DNA of 51,072 nucleotides from an uncultured Candidatus Saccharibacteria bacterium (GCA_964393065.1 CAYMRY010000001.1:1-51072), one strand, 5' to 3'; numbered from the stretch's first letter, positions 16,803 through 27,016 are shown. Numbers and translations are program-made. The notes: generated by a model from the letters alone, not told the origin.

Positions 16803-18527
16803 TCACTCCGCGAGATACTCGGGCTTGTTTTCACGAAGCCAATAGAAGAATTGTGAAAGTGCGGGAGACGCTCCCGAGAGTGTTCCTGCCGGCGCTTTTT
16901 CGAGTACTACCGCAAACGCATACTTCGGTTTCTCGCTCGGCCAGAAACCGATGACCCACGAATTCATAAATTCATTATTACGTCCGATCTGTGCGGTACC
17001 TGTTTTCGCGGCAATCGATATGCCACCCATATTCAATGCTGCAGCAGTACCACCTGCATGTACCGCATCGTACATTCCCTCGCGTACAATCTGTAAATCG
17101 TCATCCGAGATTCCCACATGAGAGCGAGAGAGTAGCGTGCAGTGCGATGCACTCAAAAGACAGGGAGTAAGAACGGTGCCGCCGTTCGCGATTGCGGCAG
17201 TAAAGCGCGCAACTTGCAGCGGCGTCACTTGAAATCCGTATTGTCCGATAGCGGTGTTATAGGTATCACCAAGGCGCCAGGGATCCTCAAACACTTTTTC
17301 TTTCCACTCCGGCGTAGGAATTGTTCCTTGTGCTTCTCCCGTGAGCGCAAAACCGGTAATTTCGCCGAGGCCAAAACGTCGCGCGTATTCATCGATTTTT
17401 GCAATACCAAGACCTGCCTGATCCTTGTATCCCCCTCCAATCGCGTAAAAATACACATCAGAGGAAACTGCGATCGCACGACGCATATCAACATACCCAT
17501 GTGCTTTCCAATCCTTAAAAATCGAAGGCTTTTCCGGTGTGTAGGGATTCGGAATCGAGATTGATCCTGTCGAGAGTATCTCTTTTTCAGGCGAAATGAG
17601 TTTTTCATTCAGTGCAGCGGCAGCAAAAATCGGTTTTACGATTGATCCTGGTGCATACACTCCCGCAACAGCGCGATTTAACGTCGGCGATCGTGCATCC
17701 GCGTTTGCACTCGCGATTACCTCAGTATCGCCATCAGAAAACGCGGCGTTGTTGTATTCAGGAAAACTCGTCAGTGCAATCAACTCTCCGGTTTCGACAT
17801 GCATGATCACTGCAGCGCCGCCTTGAAATCTATTATTTTTTGCATGTCCTGAGAGTATGCGAGCCAGTTCCGACTGAATGTCAGCATCAATCGAAAGCCT
17901 CAGGGTTTCTCCGTCTTGTGGCGGATCCACAATATCCTCGCGCACAAGAATGCCGCGAGCATTGGTTTCGGTCATGGTACTGCCATTTCTTCCACGCAGC
18001 ACCTGTTCAAACGCATGCTCAACACCAGAAATACCGGTGTATTCCTCACGCCACCACGAGCCGCTTGCGTCTGCTTTTGGATAGCGAACGTATCCTAGAA
18101 TGTGCGAGAAGCCGGGTCCTTCAATGTAATGACGCCGCGCGTACGGTAATGCGGCTTTCGCATCTGCGTCCTTTTCTTCGGTAGAGGTGGCAAGAGAAAG
18201 CGTTTCGTTCCAGACAAGCTCTTTTCCATTGCGGTCGGTGATGATACCGCGCGTTGCAAACAATACCGATCGCTCAAGGCGATTATTGCGCGAAATATCG
18301 GCATACGTGCTCCCTTTCACGATTTGAAGCGTAAATGCTTGCGATGCAAAGACGCTTGCGGCAAGAAAAAAACACACACCGATAGCAGCAATCGCGATGC
18401 GCGAAACAGGCCTCTCGATGCGTCCTTCAAGCTGTGCGAAATCAAGACCCGAGCGATTACTCGAATCAAGAAAAATATCTTCCGGATCTATTTCGCTCCC
18501 GCGCGCCCGCGCTTTCCACCACACCAT
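16803..18527 (-). CDS. mrdA: penicillin-binding protein 2 (elongasome transpeptidase)
   Basis: PBP dimerisation and transpeptidase pattern (SIVKP = SxxK, SSD = SxN-like, KTGTA = KTG). Lies downstream of mreBCD. Start set at MVWWK (18527); the ORF is open up to 18593. Confidence 0.8.
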   Translation of the reverse strand: MVWWKARARGSEIDPEDIFLDSSNRSGLDFAQLEGRIERPVSRIAIAAIGVCFFLAASVFASQAFTLQIVKGSTYADISRNNRLERSVLFATRGIITDRNGKELVWNETLSLATSTEEKDADAKAALPYARRHYIEGPGFSHILGYVRYPKADASGSWWREEYTGISGVEHAFEQVLRGRNGSTMTETNARGILVREDIVDPPQDGETLRLSIDADIQSELARILSGHAKNNRFQGGAAVIMHVETGELIALTSFPEYNNAAFSDGDTEVIASANADARSPTLNRAVAGVYAPGSIVKPIFAAAALNEKLISPEKEILSTGSISIPNPYTPEKPSIFKDWKAHGYVDMRRAIAVSSDVYFYAIGGGYKDQAGLGIAKIDEYARRFGLGEITGFALTGEAQGTIPTPEWKEKVFEDPWRLGDTYNTAIGQYGFQVTPLQVARFTAAIANGGTVLTPCLLSASHCTLLSRSHVGISDDDLQIVREGMYDAVHAGGTAAALNMGGISIAAKTGTAQIGRNNEFMNSWVIGFWPSEKPKYAFAVVLEKAPAGTLSGASPALSQFFYWLRENKPEYLAE

Positions 18528-18546
18528 ATACTGACTATACCGTATT

Positions 18547-18846
18547 TTATCGAAGTGCGTGACCAAGGAGTAACTGACGGCGCAGCGGCTCAAGAGCGAA
18601 TACGAGAAGACACGCTATAAGTGTCGCAAGAGGGAGAGATTCGAATGTAAGAAACGATACGGGCGTCGGCATCCATAAAAAATCCATAAAAAGACCAACA
18701 CCAATGACTTCCCACGCGCGCCACCTCAGAGCGAGCGGAACGGCTAAGAGGGCAACAACCCACGGATAGGCGAAAAGTGCGCTTGCGTACATACATACCG
18801 CAAGCACTATGCGCGTATTACTGCTGAGCGGGGATGACGTAGACAT
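18547..18846 (-). CDS. mreD: MreD-like small membrane protein
   Basis: 99-aa polytopic hydrophobic ORF between mreC and PBP2. The call rests on position plus hydrophobicity only. Confidence 0.45.
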   Translation of the reverse strand: MSTSSPLSSNTRIVLAVCMYASALFAYPWVVALLAVPLALRWRAWEVIGVGLFMDFLWMPTPVSFLTFESLPLATLIACLLVFALEPLRRQLLLGHALR

Positions 18847-19612
18847 AGCGCAGTGTTGCTAGATTTGTAGGTAATCGCATAAATACTTTTTGTGAGGCGC
18901 TTGATGAGGCTGATTCAATTGCTCCGATGATGCCGACGATGCGGTTGTAATGTTCTGGCGACGTAACAGCATCTCCGACGGCAATGAGTGCAGTGCGTGG
19001 CATTTCTCCGCGCGCATTACCTCCACCGTATCCTTGAGCGGAAAAAGCAACTTCGTTTGCAATAAGATCGATATTCTCCCCTGGAGAAAGAAGTGCTTTT
19101 ACACTCGCTGTTTCTGAATCAACATCGCTAATGGTGCCGAGTAAATAGCCGCCAGGAGTTAGAACTACGCTGCCAATAGTTATACCCGCATTTTTCCCGG
19201 AACCTATAAGAAACGTCCCGTACGGTGATGCTTGAAATGAGGAAAGCATGCGTACCGCGATACCCCCCGGATCGCGCGCGACTAAGTGTGCAAGTTCCTG
19301 TAAACGCGCATTGTCGGCTTCGAGTTCTTTAAATCGTGCGGAGTGCTCTTGTAATAGACTGAGTTGCTCCTTTAATGCGTCATTCTCGCGGATCAGTGAC
19401 TGACGCGACGCAAGAACTCCACTCGAATCTATCGCAGTAACCGCACTTACGGCTGTGCTCCAGGTGATCGTACCGATTGTACGAACATACGAGCGCACAA
19501 TTCCGCTTGTGATGGTATCAAGTCCAAAGAGCGCGACGATTATGAGTGCAACAATCGCGAAAGCGCCCACATGAGGCTTCTCTCTATTCAGTCGGAATGA
19601 GTTCTTCATCAT
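18818..19612 (-). CDS. mreC: rod shape-determining protein MreC
   Basis: N-terminal TM helix, coiled coil (LIRENDALKEQLSLLQEHSARFKELEADNARLQEL) and a beta-rich C-domain. Start set at MMKNSF (19612). Confidence 0.75.
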   Translation of the reverse strand: MMKNSFRLNREKPHVGAFAIVALIIVALFGLDTITSGIVRSYVRTIGTITWSTAVSAVTAIDSSGVLASRQSLIRENDALKEQLSLLQEHSARFKELEADNARLQELAHLVARDPGGIAVRMLSSFQASPYGTFLIGSGKNAGITIGSVVLTPGGYLLGTISDVDSETASVKALLSPGENIDLIANEVAFSAQGYGGGNARGEMPRTALIAVGDAVTSPEHYNRIVGIIGAIESASSSASQKVFMRLPTNLATLRYVYVIPAQQ

Positions 19613-20654
19613 TTTGTTTGAGTACTTCGAAATATAGGTCCATATCTTCAAGAATAATCGCGGTTCCGCGCACAACGGCGGTAAGTGGATCGTGCGCGAC
19701 CGTTACCGGAACGCCGAGTGCTGAGCGCAAAAATTCGGGTAGGCCGCGAATAAGCGCCCCACCACCGGCAAGATGAATACCGCTTTGCATCACGTCCGCG
19801 AGAATCTCAGGCGGCGCCTCTTCCAGAATATTTTTAACCTGCTCAACCAAGTCATCGATAGAGTGGCCGATCGCAGTTCGCACATCTTCATCCGTGAGAA
19901 CAATCTCACGCGGCAACCCGGTCACGAGGTCGCGACCGCGCGCCGTCACGACTATCGGATCCGCGCCGCGCAAAATAGCAGAGGCTGCAATCTTTATTTC
20001 TTCCGCTGTTTTCTCCCCGATCAATATTTTATGCTCCGTGCGGATATAGCTCGATATATCGACATTGAATTTATCCCCTGCTATGCGGATGTTGCGTGCT
20101 ATGACGAGTCCCCCGAGGGATACGATGCCGATGTCAGTTGTACCTCCGCCAATATCGATCACCATACTTCCTGTTGGAGCGTGCACCGGCAGCTCGATAC
20201 CAATTGCCGCCGCCATGGGTTCATCAACAATGTGCACTTCGCGCGCCCCTGCCGCGTGCGCGGCGTCACGCACTGCGCGCACTTCAACGGAAGTAATACC
20301 GGAGGGGACCCCGATGATGACGCGTGGACCAAGGAGCTTCGAGCGTCCCGCTTGCGCTTTATTAATAAGGTAACCGAGCATTTCGCTCGTAATTTCAAAG
20401 TCGGAAATTACGCCATCGACTACCGGCTGCACGGGCGTGATATGAGGCGGCGTGCGGCCGAGCATGTTCTTTGCCTCCTGCCCCACTGCAACGACCTGCC
20501 CCGTTTTTTGATTCACCGCAACGATGGAGGGTTCATTGATGACGATTCCGCGGCCTTTGACGTAGACGAGCGTATTTGCGGTACCCAAATCAATACCAAT
20601 ATCATTCGAGAAGAGCCCTACTATCTTTTCTTTCCATCGTCGCAGCGTATCCAT
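19584..20654 (-). CDS. mreB: actin-like rod shape protein MreB
   Basis: 356 aa with IGIDLGTANTLVY, VIDIGGGTTD and GIHLAGGGALIRGL motifs. Confidence 0.92.
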   Translation of the reverse strand: MDTLRRWKEKIVGLFSNDIGIDLGTANTLVYVKGRGIVINEPSIVAVNQKTGQVVAVGQEAKNMLGRTPPHITPVQPVVDGVISDFEITSEMLGYLINKAQAGRSKLLGPRVIIGVPSGITSVEVRAVRDAAHAAGAREVHIVDEPMAAAIGIELPVHAPTGSMVIDIGGGTTDIGIVSLGGLVIARNIRIAGDKFNVDISSYIRTEHKILIGEKTAEEIKIAASAILRGADPIVVTARGRDLVTGLPREIVLTDEDVRTAIGHSIDDLVEQVKNILEEAPPEILADVMQSGIHLAGGGALIRGLPEFLRSALGVPVTVAHDPLTAVVRGTAIILEDMDLYFEVLKQNDEELIPTE

Positions 20655-20662
20655 GGTGTGTG

Positions 20663-21931
20663 TTATTGCGTGAGTTCATTGTTGGTGAGGCGCGTGCAGA
20701 TTTCGCTTTCGGCGACGAGCGTGCTTTTACCGCTTTTGCGGTCGGTCATTTCAAGTGCTCCTGCGGCAACTGTCTTTTCAGAAACCACAAGTCGATTCGG
20801 TATGCCGATAAGTTCTGCGTCTGCAAATTTTTCTCCCGCACGGACGTCGCGATCATCATAGAGTACCTCTATCCCGCTTTCCGTAAGCATTTCGTACATG
20901 CGATCGGCTTCTGTAGCAATATCCGCATTTCCGCCGGTGATCGCCACGAGATGCGCGTGGAATGGTGCGACGTCCTTCGGCCATACAATCCCCTTCTCGT
21001 CGGCGAATTTCTCCACAAGTACTCCCATGAGGCGGGTAATGCCGATACCGTAGGAACCGATCCATACCGGGACGTCCGTTCCTGATGCATCTTTAATGGT
21101 AAGACCGAGATCTGTTGCTTTTTGTTGACCGAAATTGAAAATGTTTCCCACTTCTGCGGTGTTTACTTTTTCAAGCGATTCGCGCGTAACACCAAGTTGA
21201 GCAACAATCTCGTCGCTTAAGACCTCTTCATTGATTGCTATGCCCTTTTCTTTATTGATGTATGTAACGTCTTCGCCGGATTCACAAATTGTTTGGAATT
21301 CGTGGCTGTACTTGGTGAATGCGCCGCCTGCAGCAAAAGTAATGTAGGTATCGCTGCCAATACCGAGTCGCTCAAACACGCGCATATACGCAGGCTTCGT
21401 CGATTCGTAGTACGCAAGATGCGATGCTTCATCCGCGGCAAATGAGTACATATCTTTCATGACGAATTCGCGGCCCCGCATAATGCCGCTTTTTGCGCGC
21501 AATTCATTGCGCAATTTCGTTTGAAATTGGTAGACCGAAATAGGAAGATCTTTATAGCTGGTGATGAAATTCTTCATCATCTCACCGATTGGCTCTTCAT
21601 GACTCCAGCCAAAACCAACTTCGCCACCGGCTTTCAATTCTGATTTAAACCACACATCGACGACCGAATCATCCCATCTCCCGGTGCTCTCCCAGAGCTC
21701 TTTTCTTTGGAGAGCGGTCATGATCAATTCCTGACTATCAATCGCATTCATCTCCTCGCGCGTGATCTGCTTTATTTTTTCGAGTACGCGAAGGCCAAGT
21801 GGTAGATACGCATAGACCCCCGCCATCTCTTTATGGATGTAGCCTGCGCGAATTAAGAGCTGCGCATTCTTAGAAACCTCGTCTTTGGGCGCTTCTTTTC
21901 GGGTTTTAGTGAACAATCGTGATTGACGCAT
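20663..21931 (-). CDS. proS: prolyl-tRNA synthetase (short form, no large editing insertion)
   Basis: Begins MRQSRLFTKTRKEAPKDEVSKNAQLLIRAGYI, a typical ProRS N-terminus, with class II motifs further on. The ORF is open upstream to 22105, but that extension looks non-coding. Confidence 0.85.
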   Translation of the reverse strand: MRQSRLFTKTRKEAPKDEVSKNAQLLIRAGYIHKEMAGVYAYLPLGLRVLEKIKQITREEMNAIDSQELIMTALQRKELWESTGRWDDSVVDVWFKSELKAGGEVGFGWSHEEPIGEMMKNFITSYKDLPISVYQFQTKLRNELRAKSGIMRGREFVMKDMYSFAADEASHLAYYESTKPAYMRVFERLGIGSDTYITFAAGGAFTKYSHEFQTICESGEDVTYINKEKGIAINEEVLSDEIVAQLGVTRESLEKVNTAEVGNIFNFGQQKATDLGLTIKDASGTDVPVWIGSYGIGITRLMGVLVEKFADEKGIVWPKDVAPFHAHLVAITGGNADIATEADRMYEMLTESGIEVLYDDRDVRAGEKFADAELIGIPNRLVVSEKTVAAGALEMTDRKSGKSTLVAESEICTRLTNNELTQ

Positions 21932-22029
21932 ATTTTCTACATTGTACGCGTGATTCATGAATCGCCAAAGTTGACAAGCATTACCACTAATGTACTGTGT
22001 TGTCGGTAAAAACCAACTGGAGTTAACCC

Positions 22030-22305
22030 ATGAATCGGTTTGATCGCAACATGCTGCTTGTGTGCGTTGCCGGAGCAGGCTACGGATACGGTACCTTTTC
22101 CGCACTCACCTCGGATGCGCGGAGAGAATTTGCCAAAGGAAGCGTAAAGTCGTTGAGTGAATTGTTCGAATTTCAACCGTGGGTGGGCTACAACAGTCTC
22201 ACAAGTGCGAAATACCTCGCCACTTGGCGGCCGATTGAGTGTTTATGGTTGATGTCGGTCGCGCTCTTGGTGTACACGATATCTGCAGCATGGTGTCGTA
22301 AGTGA
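22030..22305 (+). CDS. possible small membrane protein, hypothetical
   Basis: 91-aa ORF on the opposite strand between proS and rseP, followed by hairpin gcgcctgag-gaaa-ctcaggcgc at about 22331-22352. No family recognised. Confidence 0.25.
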   Translation: MNRFDRNMLLVCVAGAGYGYGTFSALTSDARREFAKGSVKSLSELFEFQPWVGYNSLTSAKYLATWRPIECLWLMSVALLVYTISAAWCRK

Positions 22306-22356
22306 TTTCGTGTATCAAAGTGAAGCAGTACGCGCCTGAGGAAACTCAGGCGCTAT

Positions 22357-23445
22357 TTATGTAAGCAACCGCACAATATCCTGGTACGTCACTGTGACCA
22401 TGAGAATAATAATGAGTCCAACACCCATAAAATTTAATATTTGAACTCCCAGTAGCGGTGGAGGTCGACGGATGATTGCCTCGATTCCAAGAAGAAAGAG
22501 TCGCCCACCATCGAGCGCAGGAATTGGCACGAGATTAATAACCGCAAGGTTGATTGAAATAAATGCTGCGAGTGCGAGAACGTGTCCGATGCCGTGTCGT
22601 GAGGCGTTGCCGACAAAATCAACCAAACCAACCGGACCTACGATGTTTTCCAAATTCGGATCCCCCGCTGCCGCATCGCGTACTAAGGTCCAAAGGCCTT
22701 TTGCGGTATCCTGAAGCGCTGCAATAGTGCTCGGCCCTGCCTCAATAAGTGCCTTCCACCACGGAAGCGCTTCATCGGTAACGAGCGCGAGCCCAAAGCC
22801 GACAGCCGGGCGATTCGCGCTGGATTCAACAACTGCGTGCGCGGGTGTGACGATAACGGTCTCAATTGCTTCAGCGCGACGGTAAGATACTTCGAGCTGC
22901 TTTCCACCGCGCGATCCGATAAACTCAACAATTTTTGAAGGCTTAAGTTCCGCCACTTCCTTAGTATCGGCATCCACTATACGCGTCAATTCATCTCCAG
23001 GTTTAATGCCAGCGGCGGAGGCGGGAGAGGCATCAAGTACCGAATTTACGAACAGTTGCGTTTCCCCGGTAATCGCCTTCCCTTCAGGAATAACGCGCGG
23101 AATACCGACATGGAGTGCTCCCGCAAAAAGGAGCCATGAGCCGAGCGCGTTCATGGTGACGCCCGCGACGAGTATGATTGCCTGAGCGTACTTTGGAGCT
23201 CCTGCAAAACTTCCCTTTTGATGCGTTTCGCCGTGCTCCCCGAATAGCCGCACGAATCCGCCAAACGGTATCCAATTGAGCGTGTATTCGGTTCCACCCC
23301 AGGTACCGAAGGTGAAAGCACGTGGCGGATAGCCGACGCCAAATTCTTCGACGCGCACCTTGAACATTTTTGCAGCAAAAAAGTGCCCCAGTTCGTGAAT
23401 AACGATGAGGAGTACTAATATGCCGAGGACGAGTAGACCAGTCAT
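22357..23445 (-). CDS. rseP: site-2 (RIP) zinc metalloprotease RseP, M50 family
   Basis: HELGHFFAAK (HExxH), an internal PDZ-like segment, and C-terminal LAVINLVPIPALDGG. Start set at MTGLLVL (23445). Confidence 0.88.
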   Translation of the reverse strand: MTGLLVLGILVLLIVIHELGHFFAAKMFKVRVEEFGVGYPPRAFTFGTWGGTEYTLNWIPFGGFVRLFGEHGETHQKGSFAGAPKYAQAIILVAGVTMNALGSWLLFAGALHVGIPRVIPEGKAITGETQLFVNSVLDASPASAAGIKPGDELTRIVDADTKEVAELKPSKIVEFIGSRGGKQLEVSYRRAEAIETVIVTPAHAVVESSANRPAVGFGLALVTDEALPWWKALIEAGPSTIAALQDTAKGLWTLVRDAAAGDPNLENIVGPVGLVDFVGNASRHGIGHVLALAAFISINLAVINLVPIPALDGGRLFLLGIEAIIRRPPPLLGVQILNFMGVGLIIILMVTVTYQDIVRLLT

Positions 23446-23590
23446 AGTGAGTTTAAATACGAAATACGAAGAACGAAATTCTAAACAAATTACAAGCACC
23501 AAAAGCCAAATCAAAAACTTCCCCGTTTGATATTTTCATGCTTGTGATTTCTTATTTGTTACGGATTTAGCAATTCGAATTTTTAGTGTA

Positions 23591-24142
23591 TCACGAATTC
23601 ATCTCCTTCTCTTTCTTTTCAAACAGCGCTTCAAGTTCACCATTCGCCGCATCAACCTTCTTTTGCATTTCTTCCTTGAGACGAAATTTATCGTCTTCAG
23701 AGATAAGGCCGTCTTTCTCTTGCGCTTGAATATCTTTCCAACATTCATCGCGTGCACCGCGTACCGCGGTTCTCGACTCTTCGAGTTTTGCCTTCGCGAG
23801 CTTCACCAGTTGTTCGCGTCTCTCACTCGTAAGTTCCGGAAAAGTCACTCGCACACCGGCGGAATCCGATCCGATACCAACTCCAAGATCCGCTACCGTA
23901 ATGCCACGCTCGATATCTTTAATGAGAGCGGTATCAAAAGCCTGTACACGAAGAGAACGGGCATCTTCGATGCTGACCATTGCCACTTGCTTAAGTGGCA
24001 TCATCGAACCGTATGCCTGGACCATGACGCTATCGAGAATCGCAGGTGTCGCGCGCCCGGTACGGAGCCCCTGATATTCTCGCGCGAGCCATTCGCGAGA
24101 GCCTGCTAATTTCGCATCAAGCGGTTTAAAATCGTATGCCAT
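23591..24142 (-). CDS. frr: ribosome recycling factor
   Basis: 183 aa with the typical RRF pattern (LRTGRATPAILDSV, FPELTSERREQLVKLAK, ISEDD). Confidence 0.92.
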   Translation of the reverse strand: MAYDFKPLDAKLAGSREWLAREYQGLRTGRATPAILDSVMVQAYGSMMPLKQVAMVSIEDARSLRVQAFDTALIKDIERGITVADLGVGIGSDSAGVRVTFPELTSERREQLVKLAKAKLEESRTAVRGARDECWKDIQAQEKDGLISEDDKFRLKEEMQKKVDAANGELEALFEKKEKEMNS

Positions 24143-24153
24143 ATACCGCTATA

Positions 24154-24813
24154 TTACCCTATTTTGGGGATAATGAGAGCGGCTTGTTCAAGAAGTGACT
24201 TGAGAAGCGAGCCTTTATCCGTCGCGTATTTTCGCGCTCGGTACACAGCTTTGAGAGCTTCGTTGCGGGCATCGACTGGGGTGTGATGAGCAAGTCTGCG
24301 CTCGAGGTTACTCAAGAATGAAAGCACGGATCCGATATCGCGACCCTCGTCGTCATCATGCTCGTACAAATTCTTCAATTGCAGGAGTCGCTTATCCGGC
24401 GGGGATTTGAGAAAATCTTCTACCAACGTCACATCCAGATCAGATTCGCCGCCGTCTATTTCCAAAGTCTGCACCCTCGAGCGTATCGTTGAGAGTAATA
24501 GGTGTGGAGACGGGACAATAAAGAAAAAAAGCGCGTGCGGCGAAGGTTCTTCAAGTGTTTTAAGAAGCGCATTTTGTGCTTCGGTCGTTATCGATGGTAC
24601 GACCACAACAAATATGCGATGGGACAATGTGACGGGTTTCGTACGAGCGCGCATACGCAACTCATGCGCATCTTCAACACCAAAGCTCCGATAGGTGCGT
24701 TTGAACACATCAGGACTCGATCGCATAAGTACGCCCTCAGTGAACAGTCGTTCAATGAGCACTTGTGCGGTATTTTCACCACCTTGAATAAGATATGCGC
24801 CGATATACTGCAT
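24154..24813 (-). CDS. holB: DNA polymerase III delta-prime-like clamp-loader subunit (short)
   Basis: EAQNALLKTLEEPSPHALFFFI and STIRSRVQ (sensor motifs) are present. The P-loop is degenerate, and at 219 aa it is shorter than canonical HolB. Confidence 0.6.
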   Translation of the reverse strand: MQYIGAYLIQGGENTAQVLIERLFTEGVLMRSSPDVFKRTYRSFGVEDAHELRMRARTKPVTLSHRIFVVVVPSITTEAQNALLKTLEEPSPHALFFFIVPSPHLLLSTIRSRVQTLEIDGGESDLDVTLVEDFLKSPPDKRLLQLKNLYEHDDDEGRDIGSVLSFLSNLERRLAHHTPVDARNEALKAVYRARKYATDKGSLLKSLLEQAALIIPKIG

Positions 24814-24890
24814 GCTATAAAGTATCCCCTAGATCAATGAATTGTCTACGTGGCAGGCAGGTACAATGGTTGGTGAGGTATACTAGCACT

Positions 24891-25418
24891 ATGTCGAATT
24901 CTGATGACCTGAAGCATACGGCGCTTTCGCTCACGCGTGCGGTGGGCTCCCCCACCTCCGTTGCAATTCATACGGTGCTCTTTCTCGCAAGTTTTGCGCT
25001 CGCTTTTTTTGGATATGTATCTCTTGATCGCATGCTCCTTGTGCTCACGACACTCGTTTCACTCGAGGCCATTTATCTCGCAATCTTTATCCAAATGACA
25101 ATTAATTATCAACAGCAGGATATTGCTGAAGTGCAGGAGGATATCGACGAGATTCAGGAAGACGTTGAAGAAATGACTGAAGATTTGGGCGAGATTCAAG
25201 AAGATGTGGACGAGCTGCAAGAAGACGTCGAAGAAATTAGCGAGGATGTCGAGGAAATGAGCGAAGAGGAAGAGACAGAAGAAGCTGCAGAAGAGCGGCG
25301 CAAACTGGAACAGCGCGAAACACTTGAACAAATTCAGGGTGATCTGAGGAAGCTTCTTCACGATATCGACCGCCTCAAGCTGCATCAAGCCTCGAGCGAT
25401 ACGAAAGCGATGCTGTAA
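24891..25418 (+). CDS. two-TM membrane protein with an acidic heptad-repeat tail
   Basis: ATG at 24891. Two hydrophobic helices are followed by six perfect-register heptads ED[IVL]xE[IML]x, encoded by six 21-nt repeats (25137-25262). Confidence 0.5.
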   Translation: MSNSDDLKHTALSLTRAVGSPTSVAIHTVLFLASFALAFFGYVSLDRMLLVLTTLVSLEAIYLAIFIQMTINYQQQDIAEVQEDIDEIQEDVEEMTEDLGEIQEDVDELQEDVEEISEDVEEMSEEEETEEAAEERRKLEQRETLEQIQGDLRKLLHDIDRLKLHQASSDTKAML

Positions 25419-25503
25419 TATCGTTCCCCTAGCTCTCTACAAGGTCGAACCTTGTATGGCGCTCTGTTGAGCCACGTTCAAGGTTCGACCTTGTAGCACT
25501 TGC

Positions 25504-26517
25504 TTAGCGCTTGCTCGTAATCGCCTTCTTGTACACATCAAGATGCTTGAGGGCTTCGCCTGTTCCCTTTGCAACGCAATAGGGTGCATCTTTTGCCATC
25601 TGGGCTTTCACATTGGTGCGGCGATAGATCAGTTCGGGTAGATTGCGCAATTGTGACGATCCTCCCGTCATAATGATCCCATTGTCGATTATGTCGGAGG
25701 CGAGCTCCGGCGGTGTTTCTTGAAGTACGTCTTTTATTGCGCCCACCATGGTGCGTAATTCCTTCGCCATAGCGCGGACAATTTCGTTTGAGGAGAGCTC
25801 GATCGAACGCGGAAGTCCGGTAAGATAATCGCGTCCTTTGATGATCATTTTAAATTCTTCTTCAATCGGTACTGCGGAACCGATTTTGATTTTAATTTCT
25901 TCTGCCATCTTGTCACCAATTGCGAGGTTGAGGTTTTTCTTAATGTAATCGACGATGGCGCGATCGAGCGCATTTCCCGCACATTTCACCGATGTTGACG
26001 CGACGATGCCGCCAAGCGATATCACTGCGACATCCGTAGTGCCGCCGCCAATATCGACAATCATGTGTCCGCGCGCTTCGTGAATAGGAATACCTGCGCC
26101 GATTGCCGCAAGAATCGGCTCCTTAACGACGTAGGCGTGCCGAGCACCCGCCTTTGTCGCAGCTTCAACAACCGCGCGACGCTCTGTTGAAGTCACCCCC
26201 GCAGGAACGGAGACCATCACTTCCGGGCGAAATATGTTCCAACGCCCGAGCGCTTTGCGCATGTAGTAACGAAGCATCGCTTCGGTGACGCGGTAATCCG
26301 CAATAACGCCATCTTTCATGGGGCGATATGCTTTTATGGCATCCGGAGTTCGTCCTATCATTTCCTTTGCCTCAATACCGATGGCAAGAATTTTGTTGTC
26401 TTCGAGTGAAATAGCGACAACCGAGGGTTCATTAAGCACAATCCCGCGCTTAGGGACATAGACAAGTACCGTCGTCGTTCCGAGGTCAATACCGAGTTTG
26501 GGAGAAAAGAATGACAT
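25504..26517 (-). CDS. second MreB/Mbl-family actin-like protein
   Basis: Begins MSFFSPKLGIDLGTTTVLVY, with IVDIGGGTTD and GIIMTGGSSQLRNL. Start set at 26517; the upstream extension to 26640 looks non-coding. Confidence 0.88.
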   Translation of the reverse strand: MSFFSPKLGIDLGTTTVLVYVPKRGIVLNEPSVVAISLEDNKILAIGIEAKEMIGRTPDAIKAYRPMKDGVIADYRVTEAMLRYYMRKALGRWNIFRPEVMVSVPAGVTSTERRAVVEAATKAGARHAYVVKEPILAAIGAGIPIHEARGHMIVDIGGGTTDVAVISLGGIVASTSVKCAGNALDRAIVDYIKKNLNLAIGDKMAEEIKIKIGSAVPIEEEFKMIIKGRDYLTGLPRSIELSSNEIVRAMAKELRTMVGAIKDVLQETPPELASDIIDNGIIMTGGSSQLRNLPELIYRRTNVKAQMAKDAPYCVAKGTGEALKHLDVYKKAITSKR

Positions 26518-26671
26518 AAGGGTGATTCGCCGTGCAATTGTATGCTGAATCATTAAAAAGAAAAGGTGAGATGGGGATGGGGCCCTATCGCAAGGCCGGA
26601 AGTGCCTTGCGCCAAGGCCAGGTCGCGCAAAATCGCGCAAGTAATTTATGTGAGACGCGCGTAAAATCTAC

Positions 26672-26700
26672 AAAAAAAGAGCGGCGCTGAGAGCGCCGCT
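26672..26700 (-). terminator. rho-independent terminator (minus strand)
   Basis: Stem agcggcgct / agcgccgct with a 3-nt loop. On the minus strand it is followed by a T7 run. Lies downstream of 26737..26949. Confidence 0.7.
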
Positions 26701-26736
26701 GCTACATTGATGCTCTCTGTTCGAGGTCAGCCTGAC

Positions 26737-26949
26737 TTACTTCCGGCGACCATCGCTCACAGACGAAGGATCTCGCGATTCAGCAAGAATTCTTGCCGCT
26801 GCAGCGTGCTTCTGATGGGCCTTAGCGCACATCTCAGCTCGCTTAATATCTCCGGAGGCTCTGAACCTCTGTGTAAAACGGAACGCCCGATCGGCCAATA
26901 CGACCGGATCAGTGCAAGTAGTCTTCTTCGGAATCGCTTCGTCGCTCAT
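26737..26949 (-). CDS. small basic protein, hypothetical
   Basis: 70-aa ORF with ggagg upstream of the ATG and its own terminator. Confidence 0.45.
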   Translation of the reverse strand: MSDEAIPKKTTCTDPVVLADRAFRFTQRFRASGDIKRAEMCAKAHQKHAAAARILAESRDPSSVSDGRRK

Positions 26950-27016
26950 TCACTTCCTCCATTTAGGGCAGTCAATTCGCCCAGATAGAAAATGTACTAC
27001 AACACACGTTTACTGT

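Noticed and set aside
19773-20861. A 362-aa plus-strand ORF, plus other long antisense ORFs (for example 10446..11189-, 5156..5779+, 22683..22973-).
   Set aside because: They lie entirely antisense to strongly supported genes (mreB, the P-type ATPase, pyk, rseP). They have low-complexity Arg/Cys-rich translations typical of shadow ORFs.
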